Below are positions 10,825-19,875 of a DNA stretch of 64,000 nucleotides, one piece after another; position 1 is the first letter of the stretch, and the number at the start of each line of letters is the position of its first letter. The DNA lies in contig JBBSPA010000009.1 of the NCBI GenBank assembly GCA_038259225.1, positions 51 through 64,050 of the forward strand. Reading direction: 5' to 3'. The DNA is from Propionibacteriales bacterium. GTDB lineage: Bacteria > Actinomycetota > Actinomycetes > Propionibacteriales > Nocardioidaceae. The position numbers were made by a program, and so were the translations under genes. The notes under the pieces were generated by a model. The model was not told the origin of the DNA. It did not search any database and saw only the letters and a list, made by a program, of their open reading frames with translations.

Positions 10825-12080
10825 GCCAGCAGGTCCGGGTACATGGTCGCCAGCCGGGTCGCGAGGGCCGGCCTCACATTCCACGCCGCGACCAGCGCGC
10901 GGTACGCCTCTCGCGTGGCCCCGTCCGGCGGTGCCCCCGTCCTGACCGCGCGGATCAGAGCATTTCGAGGCGTGTGCTGGGAATCCACGAACTCGATCAC
11001 CTCGACCCGATAGCCGACCAGCCGCAAGATGGCGGCACGGAGCGCGTCGGTCAGGACGTCCGCGAGCCGTTCGCGCAGGATGCCGTGCCGCGTCACGAGC
11101 CGATAACCCTCGGGCGCCGTCGCTCCGTCGAGCTGTCGCTGGATGTCGTGGTGGCAACAGGGGGCAGCCACGATGACCGGCGTCTCCCACCGCACGGCCC
11201 GCGCCAACGCGTCGTCGGTCGCGGTGTCGCAAGCGTGCAGGGCCATCACCAGGTCCGGCCGGTCCGCCACCTCGGCGTCCCCGATCGTCCCCTCGACGAA
11301 CGCCAGCTGGCTCCCCACCCCCAGCTCGGCTGCCACATCGTTGTTGTGTGCCCGCGCCTGGCCCTTCACGTCGACTCCGAGCCCGATGACCGGGAGACCG
11401 CGGACCTGGGTCAGGTAGCGGAACGCAGCGAACGTCAGGTAGGCGTTGCCACATCCGAGGTCGACCATCCGCAGCGGCCGATCATCCGACAGCGCGTCCC
11501 CGGCGCCGAGCTGGACAGCCGCGTCCACGAGCGGGTCGATCGCATTCAGCAGATCCTGCACCTGGCGGAACTTGGCCGTTCGGCTCGGTTTCACCGCTCC
11601 GTCGGACGAAGTGACACCGAGCAGCCGGAACACGGGATCAGTGGCGTCGAGGCGACGCCGCTTCGCGCGATCGTGCGACCGCTCGACCGCCATGTCCTCC
11701 GATCTGGTGCCGCGGTGCAGCAGCCACCGCCCCTTCTTCGTGACTCGGGCCTGCAAGGTCTCCGCAGCTGTCTCCACGTGCCAGGTGGCGTACGCGGTGG
11801 CAAGGATCTCGTCCACCGCGGCCTGTGCCTCGGGGCCGGGCGCGACATTGCGGGTGTGCGCTTGGGTCTCGTCGTACGCCGTCACCTGGAGTCGTCGTCC
11901 CGCCTTGACGTCGACGTACCGAAGCTCGACGCGCCGAAACGGCACCGTGGCATTGCGCTGTCGACCCGACGCCACAGCCCGGATCAGGTCGTCCTGGTCC
12001 AACAGCGCGACGCGTAGCGTCGAGCGTTCGACCGTACCCGCGGGAGCGTCACCGGGCGCCGAACCGTCCGGCACCGTCAT
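10821..12080 (-). CDS. Class I SAM-dependent methyltransferase
   Basis: The 419-aa ORF carries motif I (VDLGCGNAYLTF) and an acidic loop (GLGVDV). It is coupled to the downstream gene through a GTGA overlap. Confidence 0.8.
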   Translation of the reverse strand: MTVPDGSAPGDAPAGTVERSTLRVALLDQDDLIRAVASGRQRNATVPFRRVELRYVDVKAGRRLQVTAYDETQAHTRNVAPGPEAQAAVDEILATAYATWHVETAAETLQARVTKKGRWLLHRGTRSEDMAVERSHDRAKRRRLDATDPVFRLLGVTSSDGAVKPSRTAKFRQVQDLLNAIDPLVDAAVQLGAGDALSDDRPLRMVDLGCGNAYLTFAAFRYLTQVRGLPVIGLGVDVKGQARAHNNDVAAELGVGSQLAFVEGTIGDAEVADRPDLVMALHACDTATDDALARAVRWETPVIVAAPCCHHDIQRQLDGATAPEGYRLVTRHGILRERLADVLTDALRAAILRLVGYRVEVIEFVDSQHTPRNALIRAVRTGAPPDGATREAYRALVAAWNVRPALATRLATMYPDLLA

Positions 12081-12160
12081 CGCAGCGCCGCTGCCACGAC
12101 GATCACGAGCAGCAGCAGCAGCGCGCCGGGGATGATCAGGCGGCGATAGCGCGGATGCAT
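12077..12160 (-). CDS. Candidate 27-aa single-TM micropeptide (MHPRYRRLIIPGALLLLLVIVVAAALR)
   Basis: My own translation; the ORF is below the track length cutoff. Its ATG is at 12160 and its TGA stop overlaps the ATG of the methyltransferase (ATGA at 12077-12080). It has a basic N-terminus followed by a 17-residue hydrophobic helix. The ribosome-binding site is weak. Confidence 0.35.
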   Translation of the reverse strand: MHPRYRRLIIPGALLLLLVIVVAAALR

Positions 12161-12203
12161 GGCGCGAGGTTACCCGCCGGCACCCGCGCGGACCGACGGG
12201 CCA

Positions 12204-12953
12204 TCAGCCGGAACACTCCACGAGTCGCGCGCGAAACTCGCCTGCGGTCGTCGCGTCACCGGAGGTGGTCACGGCGTTGTCGCCGGTTCGGCCCCACAGC
12301 CAGACGAGCACCGCCTCAGGATCGCCGGAGATCGTCACCGCAGCCGGACGTGAGGTGTCTGCCGTGACCGTCACCGCGGTCCGCTGGACGTCGCACACCC
12401 AACGATGACCGCTCGCCTCGACGGCCACCACGGCATCGACAGGGTGGTCCGTCTGAACCCGCTCCTGCCACCAAGGACCGGCCAACATCACCTGGAGCAC
12501 CTCGTCGATCCCATCGAGTGCGATGTCGTCGGGAATCGCCGTCGTCTCGCCGTGCGCCTGCTCGCCGTCGAGGCGGTGGATCACGATCTCGCACGCCATC
12601 CGGCGTACCCAGAAGGCGATGGTGGTGTCGGCCCCAAATGTCTGGGTCTGCTCGCCGATCTGGTGGCGGGCGAACTCCTCGAACAGATGCGTCTTGGCGC
12701 TCTGGAGAAAGGCGATCTCCTCGTCGTCGCCGAAGCCCCACTCCGGCGGCCACGGGTCCGGCCACGCGTTGTCGGCCATCAACCGCACCTTGTGCTCGAA
12801 GACGCCAGCAACGTGCCAGAGCACCTCAGCCACGTCCCAGCCCGGGCACGCCGGCACCTGCTCCTTCAGCCCGCGCTCGCCCATGGCAACCAAGCGGTCG
12901 GTGTCGGCATCGATCAGCTCGAAATAGCGCTCGGGAGTCAGCTTTGTCGTCAT
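12204..12953 (-). CDS. Maleylpyruvate isomerase-family / DinB-like mycothiol-dependent enzyme
   Basis: In-frame ATG at 12953 (MTTKLTPERYFELIDADTDRLV...VPACPGWDVAEVLWHV) gives 249 aa. An ATGA overlap joins it to the upstream MFS stop. Confidence 0.8.
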   Translation of the reverse strand: MTTKLTPERYFELIDADTDRLVAMGERGLKEQVPACPGWDVAEVLWHVAGVFEHKVRLMADNAWPDPWPPEWGFGDDEEIAFLQSAKTHLFEEFARHQIGEQTQTFGADTTIAFWVRRMACEIVIHRLDGEQAHGETTAIPDDIALDGIDEVLQVMLAGPWWQERVQTDHPVDAVVAVEASGHRWVCDVQRTAVTVTADTSRPAAVTISGDPEAVLVWLWGRTGDNAVTTSGDATTAGEFRARLVECSG

Positions 12954-14206
12954 ACCGCGATCTTGGCAGGGCGCACCGACAGATCCTGGACGTGGATGTG
13001 CTGCACCCGCATGACCCATACGGTCGCGGCCACGACCGCCAGCAGAGTTGCCCCGCCGCCACCGATCAGGGTCCAGCGTGCGCCGAAGGCCTCGCCGACC
13101 CAACCGATCACCGGCGCGCCGAACGGTGTACCGCCCATCAAGATCATCATGTACAGCGCCATCACCCGACCGCGCATGTGCGAGTCCACCGACATCTGAA
13201 CCGTGGTCTGGAGGGCATTCATCATGGTGATGGCACACACCCCCATCACCGGCAGCCACAGGGCGAAGATCCAGTACGACGGCATCAGACCGGCAGCGAT
13301 CTCGGCGACAGCGAACGCCACCGTGGACAAGACGAGCAGCAGCCGTCGGGCGCTCGCGCGGCGCGCGGCCAGCAGCGACCCGACCAGCGAGCCGACGGCC
13401 ATGAACGTGCCGAGGATGCCGTACTCGCTCACCCCCTTGTGAAAGACGCCGGTGGCCATCAGCGCGCTCGTCATCTGGAAGTTCATCCCGAACGTTCCGG
13501 CGGCGAACGCCACGATGAACACGAACATCAGGTCCGGCCGCTCACGGACGTAGCGGAAGCCGTCGCGTACCGCGCCCTTCGCCTTCGCGACCGGGGCGGG
13601 GGTGTTCAGGGCGTCGGGGTCCATCCTGCGCAGCGAGTAGATGACGGCGAGGTAGCTGACCGCATTGAGCAGGATCGCTACCCCGGTCGCGCGTACGCCG
13701 GACCCGAGCGCGGCGATGACGAAGCCGGCCGCGGCCGGTCCGACGATACGACCGAGGTTGAAGGATGCGGAGTTCAGACCGACGGCGTTCGCGAGCTGAT
13801 CGCGCCCCACCATCTCCACGACGAACGCCTGGCGGGCCGGGGTGTCGAACGACGTGCCGCAGCCGAACACCAGGGCGAGCACATAGACGTGCCACGCCTG
13901 GGCCACACCGGTCACAGCCAGGATGCCGAGCAGGCCGGCCGAGATCGCCATCGAGGCCTGGGTGAACGCGAGCAGTCGGCGCTTGGAGTAGCGATCGGCC
14001 AACAGTCCGGCGAACGGCGAGAGCAGCAGGAAGGGCAGGAACTGGAGCCCGGTGGTGATGCCCAGCGCGCTGCCGGAGTGGGTGAGCTCGAGGACCAGCC
14101 AGTCCTGGGCGACCCGCTGCATCCAGGTGCCGGTGTTGCTGACCAGGCTGCCCATCGCGTAGATGCGGTAGTTGCGGACCTCGAGCGCTCGGAAGGTCGG
14201 CGTCAT
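12950..14206 (-). CDS. MFS transporter
   Basis: In-frame ATG at 14206 (MTPTFRALEVRNYRIYAMGSLVSNTGTWMQRVAQDWLVL...) gives 418 aa and about 12 TM segments. An ATGA overlap joins it to the MarR stop. Confidence 0.85.
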   Translation of the reverse strand: MTPTFRALEVRNYRIYAMGSLVSNTGTWMQRVAQDWLVLELTHSGSALGITTGLQFLPFLLLSPFAGLLADRYSKRRLLAFTQASMAISAGLLGILAVTGVAQAWHVYVLALVFGCGTSFDTPARQAFVVEMVGRDQLANAVGLNSASFNLGRIVGPAAAGFVIAALGSGVRATGVAILLNAVSYLAVIYSLRRMDPDALNTPAPVAKAKGAVRDGFRYVRERPDLMFVFIVAFAAGTFGMNFQMTSALMATGVFHKGVSEYGILGTFMAVGSLVGSLLAARRASARRLLLVLSTVAFAVAEIAAGLMPSYWIFALWLPVMGVCAITMMNALQTTVQMSVDSHMRGRVMALYMMILMGGTPFGAPVIGWVGEAFGARWTLIGGGGATLLAVVAATVWVMRVQHIHVQDLSVRPAKIAV

Positions 14207-14664
14207 GCGTGCGAGATGCGCTCGAGCAGCGGCGCAGCGTCCCGCAGGATCTGACGTTCGGCAGGTGTGAGCTCCTTGAGCCTGTGGTTGAGCCACGCCT
14301 CCTTGCGGCGGCGGGACTCGGCGATGACAGCGCGGCCTGCATCGTTGAGCGAGACGACCACGACACGCTTGTCAGTCGGGTGAGGGTCTCGGTCGATCAG
14401 CTGCCTGTCGACCAGGCAGGACACCGTACGGGTCATCGACGGTGGCTGGACCTTCTCGGCCGCGGCCAGGTCGCCGACAGTGAGCGGTCCACTGCGAAAC
14501 AAGGTGCCGAGCACCGCGAGCTGGTTGGCGGTCAGGTCGTCGCTGGCGTCACGCTCGTTACGGAGCCGACGGGACAGCCGCATCACCGAGATACGCAGTG
14601 CGCTTGCGAGTCCGGCGTCGGTGCGAGCGAGCTTGGCTACTTCAGTAGGCACACTCCTTAGCAT
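14203..14664 (-). CDS. MarR-family transcriptional regulator
   Basis: The 153-aa ORF has a winged-helix region (LTANQLAVLGTLFRSGPLTVGDLAAAEKVQPPSMTRTVSCLVDRQLIDRDPHPTDKRVV). It is the first gene of a three-gene overlapping operon. Confidence 0.9.
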   Translation of the reverse strand: MLRSVPTEVAKLARTDAGLASALRISVMRLSRRLRNERDASDDLTANQLAVLGTLFRSGPLTVGDLAAAEKVQPPSMTRTVSCLVDRQLIDRDPHPTDKRVVVVSLNDAGRAVIAESRRRKEAWLNHRLKELTPAERQILRDAAPLLERISHA

Positions 14665-14692
14665 AACTCATTAGCCTTGCTAACCAAATCGG

Positions 14693-14743
14693 CCGCTCCG
14701 CTGATCGAGCCGCTCCGCTGATCGAGCCGCTCCGCTGATCGAG
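14693..14743. repeat. 17-nt tandem repeat (CCGCTCCGCTGATCGAG)x3
   Basis: Three perfect units lie between the NCS2 permease stop and the marR start. The last unit runs into the family C hairpin. Confidence 0.9.
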
Positions 14744-14776
14744 CTTGTCGAGATCACCGGGTCTCGACAAGCTCGA
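14739..14776. repeat. Family C element, hairpin form (possible terminator of the permease gene)
   Basis: The sequence is TCGAGCTTGTCGAGA TCACCGGG TCTCGACAAGCTCGA, a perfect 15-bp stem. It shares the core GATCGAGCYTGTCGAGATCACCG with 47399-47483. There is no U-tract on either strand. Confidence 0.75.
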
Positions 14777-14833
14777 CCAACGGACACCGACCGACCAACG
14801 AACACTGCTGGACCGCCGACGCTCCCGGGTGGT

Positions 14834-16336
14834 TCAGGTGAGCCAGGAACTGATCGGGTCGATGGCGAAGTAGACGACGAACGCGGCAGCGATCCCCCAC
14901 AACAGCGGGTGGATCTGCCCTGCCTTGCCACGCACCGCCTTGAGCACGACGTACGCGATGAACCCGGCCCCGATGCCCACCGAGATCGAGTAGGTGAACG
15001 GCATCAAGATGATGGCCAGGAACGCCGGAACGGCGACCTCGATGTTGTCCCAGTTGATGTTCTTGACCTGGGCCATCATCAAGAATCCGACCAGCACCAG
15101 CGCAGGTGTCGCCGCCTCGTTCGGGATGATCGCGACGAGCGGAGCCGTCACGGTCGCGAGCAGGAACAGCAGGCCGGTGACGATGCTGGCCAGGCCGGTC
15201 CGGGCGCCCTCGCCCACACCTGAGGCCGATTCGATGTACGACGTGTTGCTCGAGATCGACGCAGCGCCTCCGGCGGCAGCAGCGATCGAGTCCACGATCA
15301 GGATCCGTTGGGTGTTGGGCGGGACGCCGTCCTCGTCCAACAGCCCGGCCTCGGCCCCGATCGCCGTCATCGTGCCCATCGTGTCGAAGAAGTCGGCCAG
15401 CAACAGCGTGAACACCAGCAGCAGCGCGGTGACCGTCCCGACCTCGCTGAACGACCCGAACAGCGAGAAGTTGCCGAGCAACCCGAAGTCCGGCGTGTCC
15501 ACGATCTTGTCGGGCCAGGCCGGGACGGTCAGGTTCCAGCCCTTGGGGTTGAAGCTGCCGTCGGATCCGAAGGTCGGTCCCACGTCGACGATGGCTTCCA
15601 CGATGATGGCCAGCAGCGTGGTGGCCAGGATCGAGATCAAGATCGCGCCCTTCACCCGGCGCGCGTACAGGATGATCATCAAGATCAGGCCGATCGCGAA
15701 GACCAGCACCGGCCAGCCCGCCAACGCACCGTTGATCCCCAGCCCCACGGGCACGGTCGTCCCCGCAGCGTCGGGGTTGCGTCGCACGACGCCCGCGTCG
15801 ACGAGACCGATCAGCGCGATGAAGAGGCCGATACCGACGCTGATGGCCACCTTCAGCTCCGGTGGGACCGCGGCGAAGACAGCCTTCCGGAAGCCGGTGA
15901 GGACCAGGACGAGGATGATCAGGCCCTCCAGAACGACCAGGCCCATCGCGTCCGCCCAGCTCATCTGGCTGGCGATCGAGAAGGCGACGAACGCGTTCAG
16001 GCCGAGCCCGGTCGCCAGCGCCAGCGGATAGTTCGCCACGACCCCCATCAGCACAGTCATGACGCCGGCGACCAGTGCGGTCACCGCAGCGATCTGCGCG
16101 AAGTCGGCCTGGCCGCCGCCGGTGATCGACTGGCCGCCGAGGTCCATCGCTCCGCCGAGAATGATCGGGTTGAGCACGATGATGTAGGCCATCGTGAAGA
16201 AGGTGACCACGCCACCACGGATCTCCCGAGGCACGGTCGACCCGCGCTCGGTGATCTTGAAGTACTTGTCCAGGCCCGACGCGCCGGCAGGCGGCTTCGC
16301 CGTTGCCCCCTTGCTCCCCTTGCTCTGAGTGCTCAC
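14834..16336 (-). CDS. NCS2-family purine (adenine/guanine/hypoxanthine) permease
   Basis: In-frame GTG at 16336 (VSTQSKGSKG...LDKYFKITERGSTVPREIRGGVVTFFTMAYIIVLNP) gives 500 aa, the typical AzgA/PbuG-like architecture. The track ORF is over-extended to 17176. Confidence 0.9.
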   Translation of the reverse strand: MSTQSKGSKGATAKPPAGASGLDKYFKITERGSTVPREIRGGVVTFFTMAYIIVLNPIILGGAMDLGGQSITGGGQADFAQIAAVTALVAGVMTVLMGVVANYPLALATGLGLNAFVAFSIASQMSWADAMGLVVLEGLIILVLVLTGFRKAVFAAVPPELKVAISVGIGLFIALIGLVDAGVVRRNPDAAGTTVPVGLGINGALAGWPVLVFAIGLILMIILYARRVKGAILISILATTLLAIIVEAIVDVGPTFGSDGSFNPKGWNLTVPAWPDKIVDTPDFGLLGNFSLFGSFSEVGTVTALLLVFTLLLADFFDTMGTMTAIGAEAGLLDEDGVPPNTQRILIVDSIAAAAGGAASISSNTSYIESASGVGEGARTGLASIVTGLLFLLATVTAPLVAIIPNEAATPALVLVGFLMMAQVKNINWDNIEVAVPAFLAIILMPFTYSISVGIGAGFIAYVVLKAVRGKAGQIHPLLWGIAAAFVVYFAIDPISSWLT

Positions 16337-16531
16337 GGCCCAGAGTGTAGGGCTCAGAGCAATGCCCGTCGGGGAGGTCGGACGGCGTACCCTTGAGGCG
16401 TGTCGAAGCGCAATGGTCGGGGTGGAGCGAACGCTGGCGGGAGCCGCCGCGCGGTACCGTCCGATCGTGGCCGGAAGGGCGGACGCTCCGCCCGCCGCTC
16501 CGAGCGCACCCGACCGCACCCTGTCGACCGA

Positions 16532-16888
16532 ATGCGGGAGATCAATGCGCTTCCCGACCCGGACCCCTTCGGGGGTCGGCCGCCGATCGACTCGATCGAG
16601 ATCCGGCAGAAGACCTACGTCACAGCCAAGGAAGTACATCCGCTCGACGTGACCGGGGTGCGCACGATCGGGGTCGGCGTCGTGCTGTGGATCATCGCGT
16701 TCGCCGCGCTGCTGCCCTTCTACTCCACGCTGCAAGATCACGGCCGTGGCTGGTGGCTGTGGACCTGCTTGGCCGGCTTCGGACTGGGATTGCTCGGTCT
16801 GGAGTACTGCCGACGCCGCCGCAACAGGGACGCCGCCCTGCCGGAGCAGGAGATCGAGACCAGTCCACTGGGAGCGGCAGGTCTCTGA
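16532..16888 (+). CDS. DUF2530-like small membrane protein
   Basis: The C-terminal two-TM core (VGVVLWIIAFAALL..WWLWTCLAGFGLGLLGLEY) is recognisable. The start is uncertain: ATG 16532 is preferred over GTG 16400, which would add an Arg/Gly-rich tail. Confidence 0.6.
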   Translation: MREINALPDPDPFGGRPPIDSIEIRQKTYVTAKEVHPLDVTGVRTIGVGVVLWIIAFAALLPFYSTLQDHGRGWWLWTCLAGFGLGLLGLEYCRRRRNRDAALPEQEIETSPLGAAGL

Positions 16889-16920
16889 CCGGTCGGACGT
16901 CCTGCTCGGACCGCCGAGCG

Positions 16921-17754
16921 TCAGCTGGAGATGATCTCCAGGTCGTCGTCGGCCCACTCGGCGTTGTCCCACGTGGCCCAGGACAGGGTGTCGAAGACTG
17001 GCGTTGCAGCAACAGGCGTGTGCTGGGTCTGCTCGACGCGGACGTCGGAGTGGGCACCGCAGCCGTGGTCGAACGACACGACCTGGCCGTCGCTCGGAGC
17101 CGACGCGTTCGCGCAGACACCGAAGACGCCGCTCAGCGGACCGGCCACCCGCACCAGGAAGCCGCAAGTGCCGCACGTCGCGGGCGCAGCCTGCGCGATC
17201 GGGGTGTCCGGGCCGTGGTCGCCGGCGTACCAGCGGTCAGCGGCTTCGTCTCGACCCATGACGGACAGCACACGTTCGCGGCCGAGGCCGACCTCGCGCG
17301 TCACGTCGCGCACGTCTCGCGACGCAGCGGCGTCGATGGCCTCGTCACCGACCAGATAGCCGGGAACCAGCCGTGGGTCGCCGTCGGCCGTCGGTAGCAG
17401 GTCGCCCGGACCGAGGTCTTCCTTGCCGATCCGATCCTTCCAGGGAACCCAGCCCGGGGCCACCAGAGCGGCCTCACCCGGGAGCATGACGATCTCGTTG
17501 ACGGTGACGGCCTTGAGCCGCGGAGCCCGGGTCAGCGTGACTGCCCAGCGCCAGCCTCGGTAGCCGGCCTGCGTGCTCTCGAAGAAGTGCGTGACGACGC
17601 GGTCGGCTTCGGCCTGGACGCCGACATGGTCGCCGAACAGCGCTTCTCCTACCGCCTCGCGCAGCGCCTCGCGAGCCAGGTCGACGGCGGCCGCGGCAGC
17701 AGCGTCGGACTTCGGTGGCTTGGCGATGCTGGTCACCACGGCATTGTCACCCAT
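16921..17754 (-). CDS. DUF3027 domain protein
   Basis: In-frame ATG at 17754 (MGDNAVVTSIAKPP...) gives 277 aa. A Cys cluster (CGTCGFLVR..GVCAN..HGCGAHSD) is typical of DUF3027. Its position next to MFS and csp matches mycobacteria. Confidence 0.8.
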   Translation of the reverse strand: MGDNAVVTSIAKPPKSDAAAAAAVDLAREALREAVGEALFGDHVGVQAEADRVVTHFFESTQAGYRGWRWAVTLTRAPRLKAVTVNEIVMLPGEAALVAPGWVPWKDRIGKEDLGPGDLLPTADGDPRLVPGYLVGDEAIDAAASRDVRDVTREVGLGRERVLSVMGRDEAADRWYAGDHGPDTPIAQAAPATCGTCGFLVRVAGPLSGVFGVCANASAPSDGQVVSFDHGCGAHSDVRVEQTQHTPVAATPVFDTLSWATWDNAEWADDDLEIISS

Positions 17755-17852
17755 CCCCTGCTGCGATGACGAATCGGGCCAGTCGCGCGGCGACAACACG
17801 TGGACCGACGGTAGATGCTCCTGATGTCCGCGCGGCAAGGCAGGATAGAGAC

Positions 17853-19352
17853 GTGCCAAGCCAGGACCCGCACCACCAGCCGTCGCCCGGCGAGGGACGG
17901 GGGCGGTCCGACGAACCGGCCTCGGCGGGTGAGCGGCCACGGCCGGGACCTCGCTCGGGTGCGTCGCGACCCGACTACGGCCAGCCAGGTCACCTGGCTG
18001 GCAGTCGCGGACCCACGGCTGCGGACCGCGCACGTGCCGCCGCCGGCGCGGGCAAGCGGGTCGCCGCCTTCAGCGGCCGGGCGGCCGGTGGCGTCCTGCG
18101 GGTGGCGCGCCGCGCGTCCAGCTCGTCGGGCGCCGGAGAGTCCGGACTCTCTCGCCTGTTGGAGCTGAACGCCTTCAACTCCGCCGGCGACGCGGCCTTG
18201 ACGGTGTCGCTGGCCGGCACCCTCTTCTTCACGGCGCCCAGCGACGAGGCACGAGGTCAGGTGGCGCTGTTCCTCGGCATCACCATGCTGCCGTTCGCCA
18301 TTGTGGCGCCACTGATCGGACCATTCCTCGACCGCTTCCGACGCGGCCGCCGCTGGGCGATCGGGGTCACGTTCGCCGTGCGCGCGTTCGGATGCTGGGC
18401 CGCTGCCAGCGCGGTGGCCAACGACTCACCCTGGCTGTACCCGGCCGCGTTGACCTGCCTGGTCGCATCGAAGGCGTACGGCGTCACCCGCGCCGCGGCC
18501 GTGCCCCGCCTGCTCCCGCCCAACCTCACCTTGGTGAAGGCGAACTCACGGCTCTCGATCGCGGCCATCGTCGGGGCCGTGATCTCCGGCCCACTCGCCA
18601 CGGTCGTCTCACTGCCGGGGGCCCAGTGGTCCCTGCGGTACGCCGCCTTGGTCTACATCGGCGGGATCGTGCTGTCGGTACTGCTCCCGGCGAGGGTCGA
18701 CTCGTCTGAGGGGGAGGAGCAGGTGGCGCTGCGCGGCGTCGCGGATCCGACGAAGCGGGTGGCGTTCCATCCGCTGGTCGTGACCGGTCTGCGGTGCAAC
18801 GCCGGGCTCCGCCTGCTCTCGGGGTTCCTCACCATGTTCATGGCCTTCCTGCTGCGAGAGGAACCCATCTCCGGCTGGGAGGACAAGCGCACGCTACTTC
18901 TCGCCTTGGTCATCGGGTCAGTCGGCCTCGGCAGTACCCTCGGCACCGCGCTCGGCTCGATCCTGAAGGACCGCAAGCCGGAGTCGATCGTCGTCATCGT
19001 GCTGATCGCCGATGCGCTCGCGGCGGTCTACTGCGCGCTCTTCTACGGCGTCATCCCCGCGATGATCCTGGGGCTCGTCGCCGGCATCAGCCAGCAGCTG
19101 GGCAAGCTCTCCCTCGACGCCTTGATCCAGCGCGAGGTCCCCGAGCGGGTTCGCACCAGCGTCTTCGCTCGCTCGGAGACACTGCTCCAGCTGTCCTGGG
19201 TGGTCGGCGGTTTCGTCGGTGTCGTGATGCCGCTCATCGCCCGACTCGGGTTGTTCACGATCGCCGCGGTTCTCGTGGCGTGGCTGTTCCTCGTCCTGCG
19301 CGGTCTCGCGATCAGTCGGCGTACGGCCCGCACCGACCCTCGCCTGGCCTAG
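17853..19352 (+). CDS. MFS transporter with long disordered N-terminus
   Basis: The hydrophobic core runs from LLELNAFNSAGDAALTVSLAG onward with about 11-12 TM segments. The GTG start at 17853 is the first start that clears the divergent DUF3027 gene, so the start is uncertain. Confidence 0.7.
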   Translation: MPSQDPHHQPSPGEGRGRSDEPASAGERPRPGPRSGASRPDYGQPGHLAGSRGPTAADRARAAAGAGKRVAAFSGRAAGGVLRVARRASSSSGAGESGLSRLLELNAFNSAGDAALTVSLAGTLFFTAPSDEARGQVALFLGITMLPFAIVAPLIGPFLDRFRRGRRWAIGVTFAVRAFGCWAAASAVANDSPWLYPAALTCLVASKAYGVTRAAAVPRLLPPNLTLVKANSRLSIAAIVGAVISGPLATVVSLPGAQWSLRYAALVYIGGIVLSVLLPARVDSSEGEEQVALRGVADPTKRVAFHPLVVTGLRCNAGLRLLSGFLTMFMAFLLREEPISGWEDKRTLLLALVIGSVGLGSTLGTALGSILKDRKPESIVVIVLIADALAAVYCALFYGVIPAMILGLVAGISQQLGKLSLDALIQREVPERVRTSVFARSETLLQLSWVVGGFVGVVMPLIARLGLFTIAAVLVAWLFLVLRGLAISRRTARTDPRLA

Positions 19353-19410
19353 TGCCGCGTCAGCCAGCTGTCCTCGCAGAGGAGCCGCCGGACCGGCCGG
19401 TCATGCCCGT

Positions 19411-19806
19411 CTAGAGCTCGAGCTCGCCGGACAGGGCGCGCAGCAGCTGGGCGGTTTGCTTGGCCGAGCGGGACTCGGGGTGACGGCCGCGGCGATAGGT
19501 CTGCTCCAGGCCCTCCAGAAGCTTGATCAGGTCCTCGACGATGTTGACCATCTCCTCCGGCTTCTTGCGCATCGCCTTGGACACCGACGGGGTCGGCTCG
19601 AGCAGGCTGAGCTGGATCGCCTGGTCCCCTTTGCGACCCTGGACGAGGCCGAACTCGACCCTGGACCCGGACTTCAGCGTCGTGACGCCGGCCGGGAGCG
19701 AGTCCGAGCGCACGAAGACGTCACCGCCGTCATCGGTGGTGAGGAAACCGAACCCCTTCTCGGCGTCGTACCACTTGACCCTCCCTGTCGCCACTGAACC
19801 TTCCAT
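19411..19806 (-). CDS. Cold-shock domain protein with C-terminal extension (CspB/Rv0871-like)
   Basis: The 131-aa ORF contains GRVKWYDAEKGFGFLTTDDGGDVFVRSDSLP (RNP1/RNP2 motifs) followed by a helical tail of about 60 aa. Confidence 0.9.
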   Translation of the reverse strand: MEGSVATGRVKWYDAEKGFGFLTTDDGGDVFVRSDSLPAGVTTLKSGSRVEFGLVQGRKGDQAIQLSLLEPTPSVSKAMRKKPEEMVNIVEDLIKLLEGLEQTYRRGRHPESRSAKQTAQLLRALSGELEL

Positions 19807-19875
19807 TCCTTGGGGCGCGCGGCCGCAAATGCAGGCACCTCCGAGGACTCGGAGGCGCTCCTTCAGCCTACAACC

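Noticed and set aside
12518-14254. 578-aa plus-strand ORF, and similar long ORFs at 42875..44548 (+), 62343..63866 (-) and 45008..46345 (+)
   Set aside because: Each lies antisense to or out of frame with a gene that has strong family signatures (MFS, CoxL, ABC ATPase/Rieske, XdhC). Their composition is that of GC-rich shadow frames.
16337-16531. Possible purine riboswitch upstream of the NCS2 purine permease
   Set aside because: I read the minus-strand leader and could not find the conserved purine-riboswitch three-way-junction core or loop-loop motifs. An Rfam scan would be needed to be certain.
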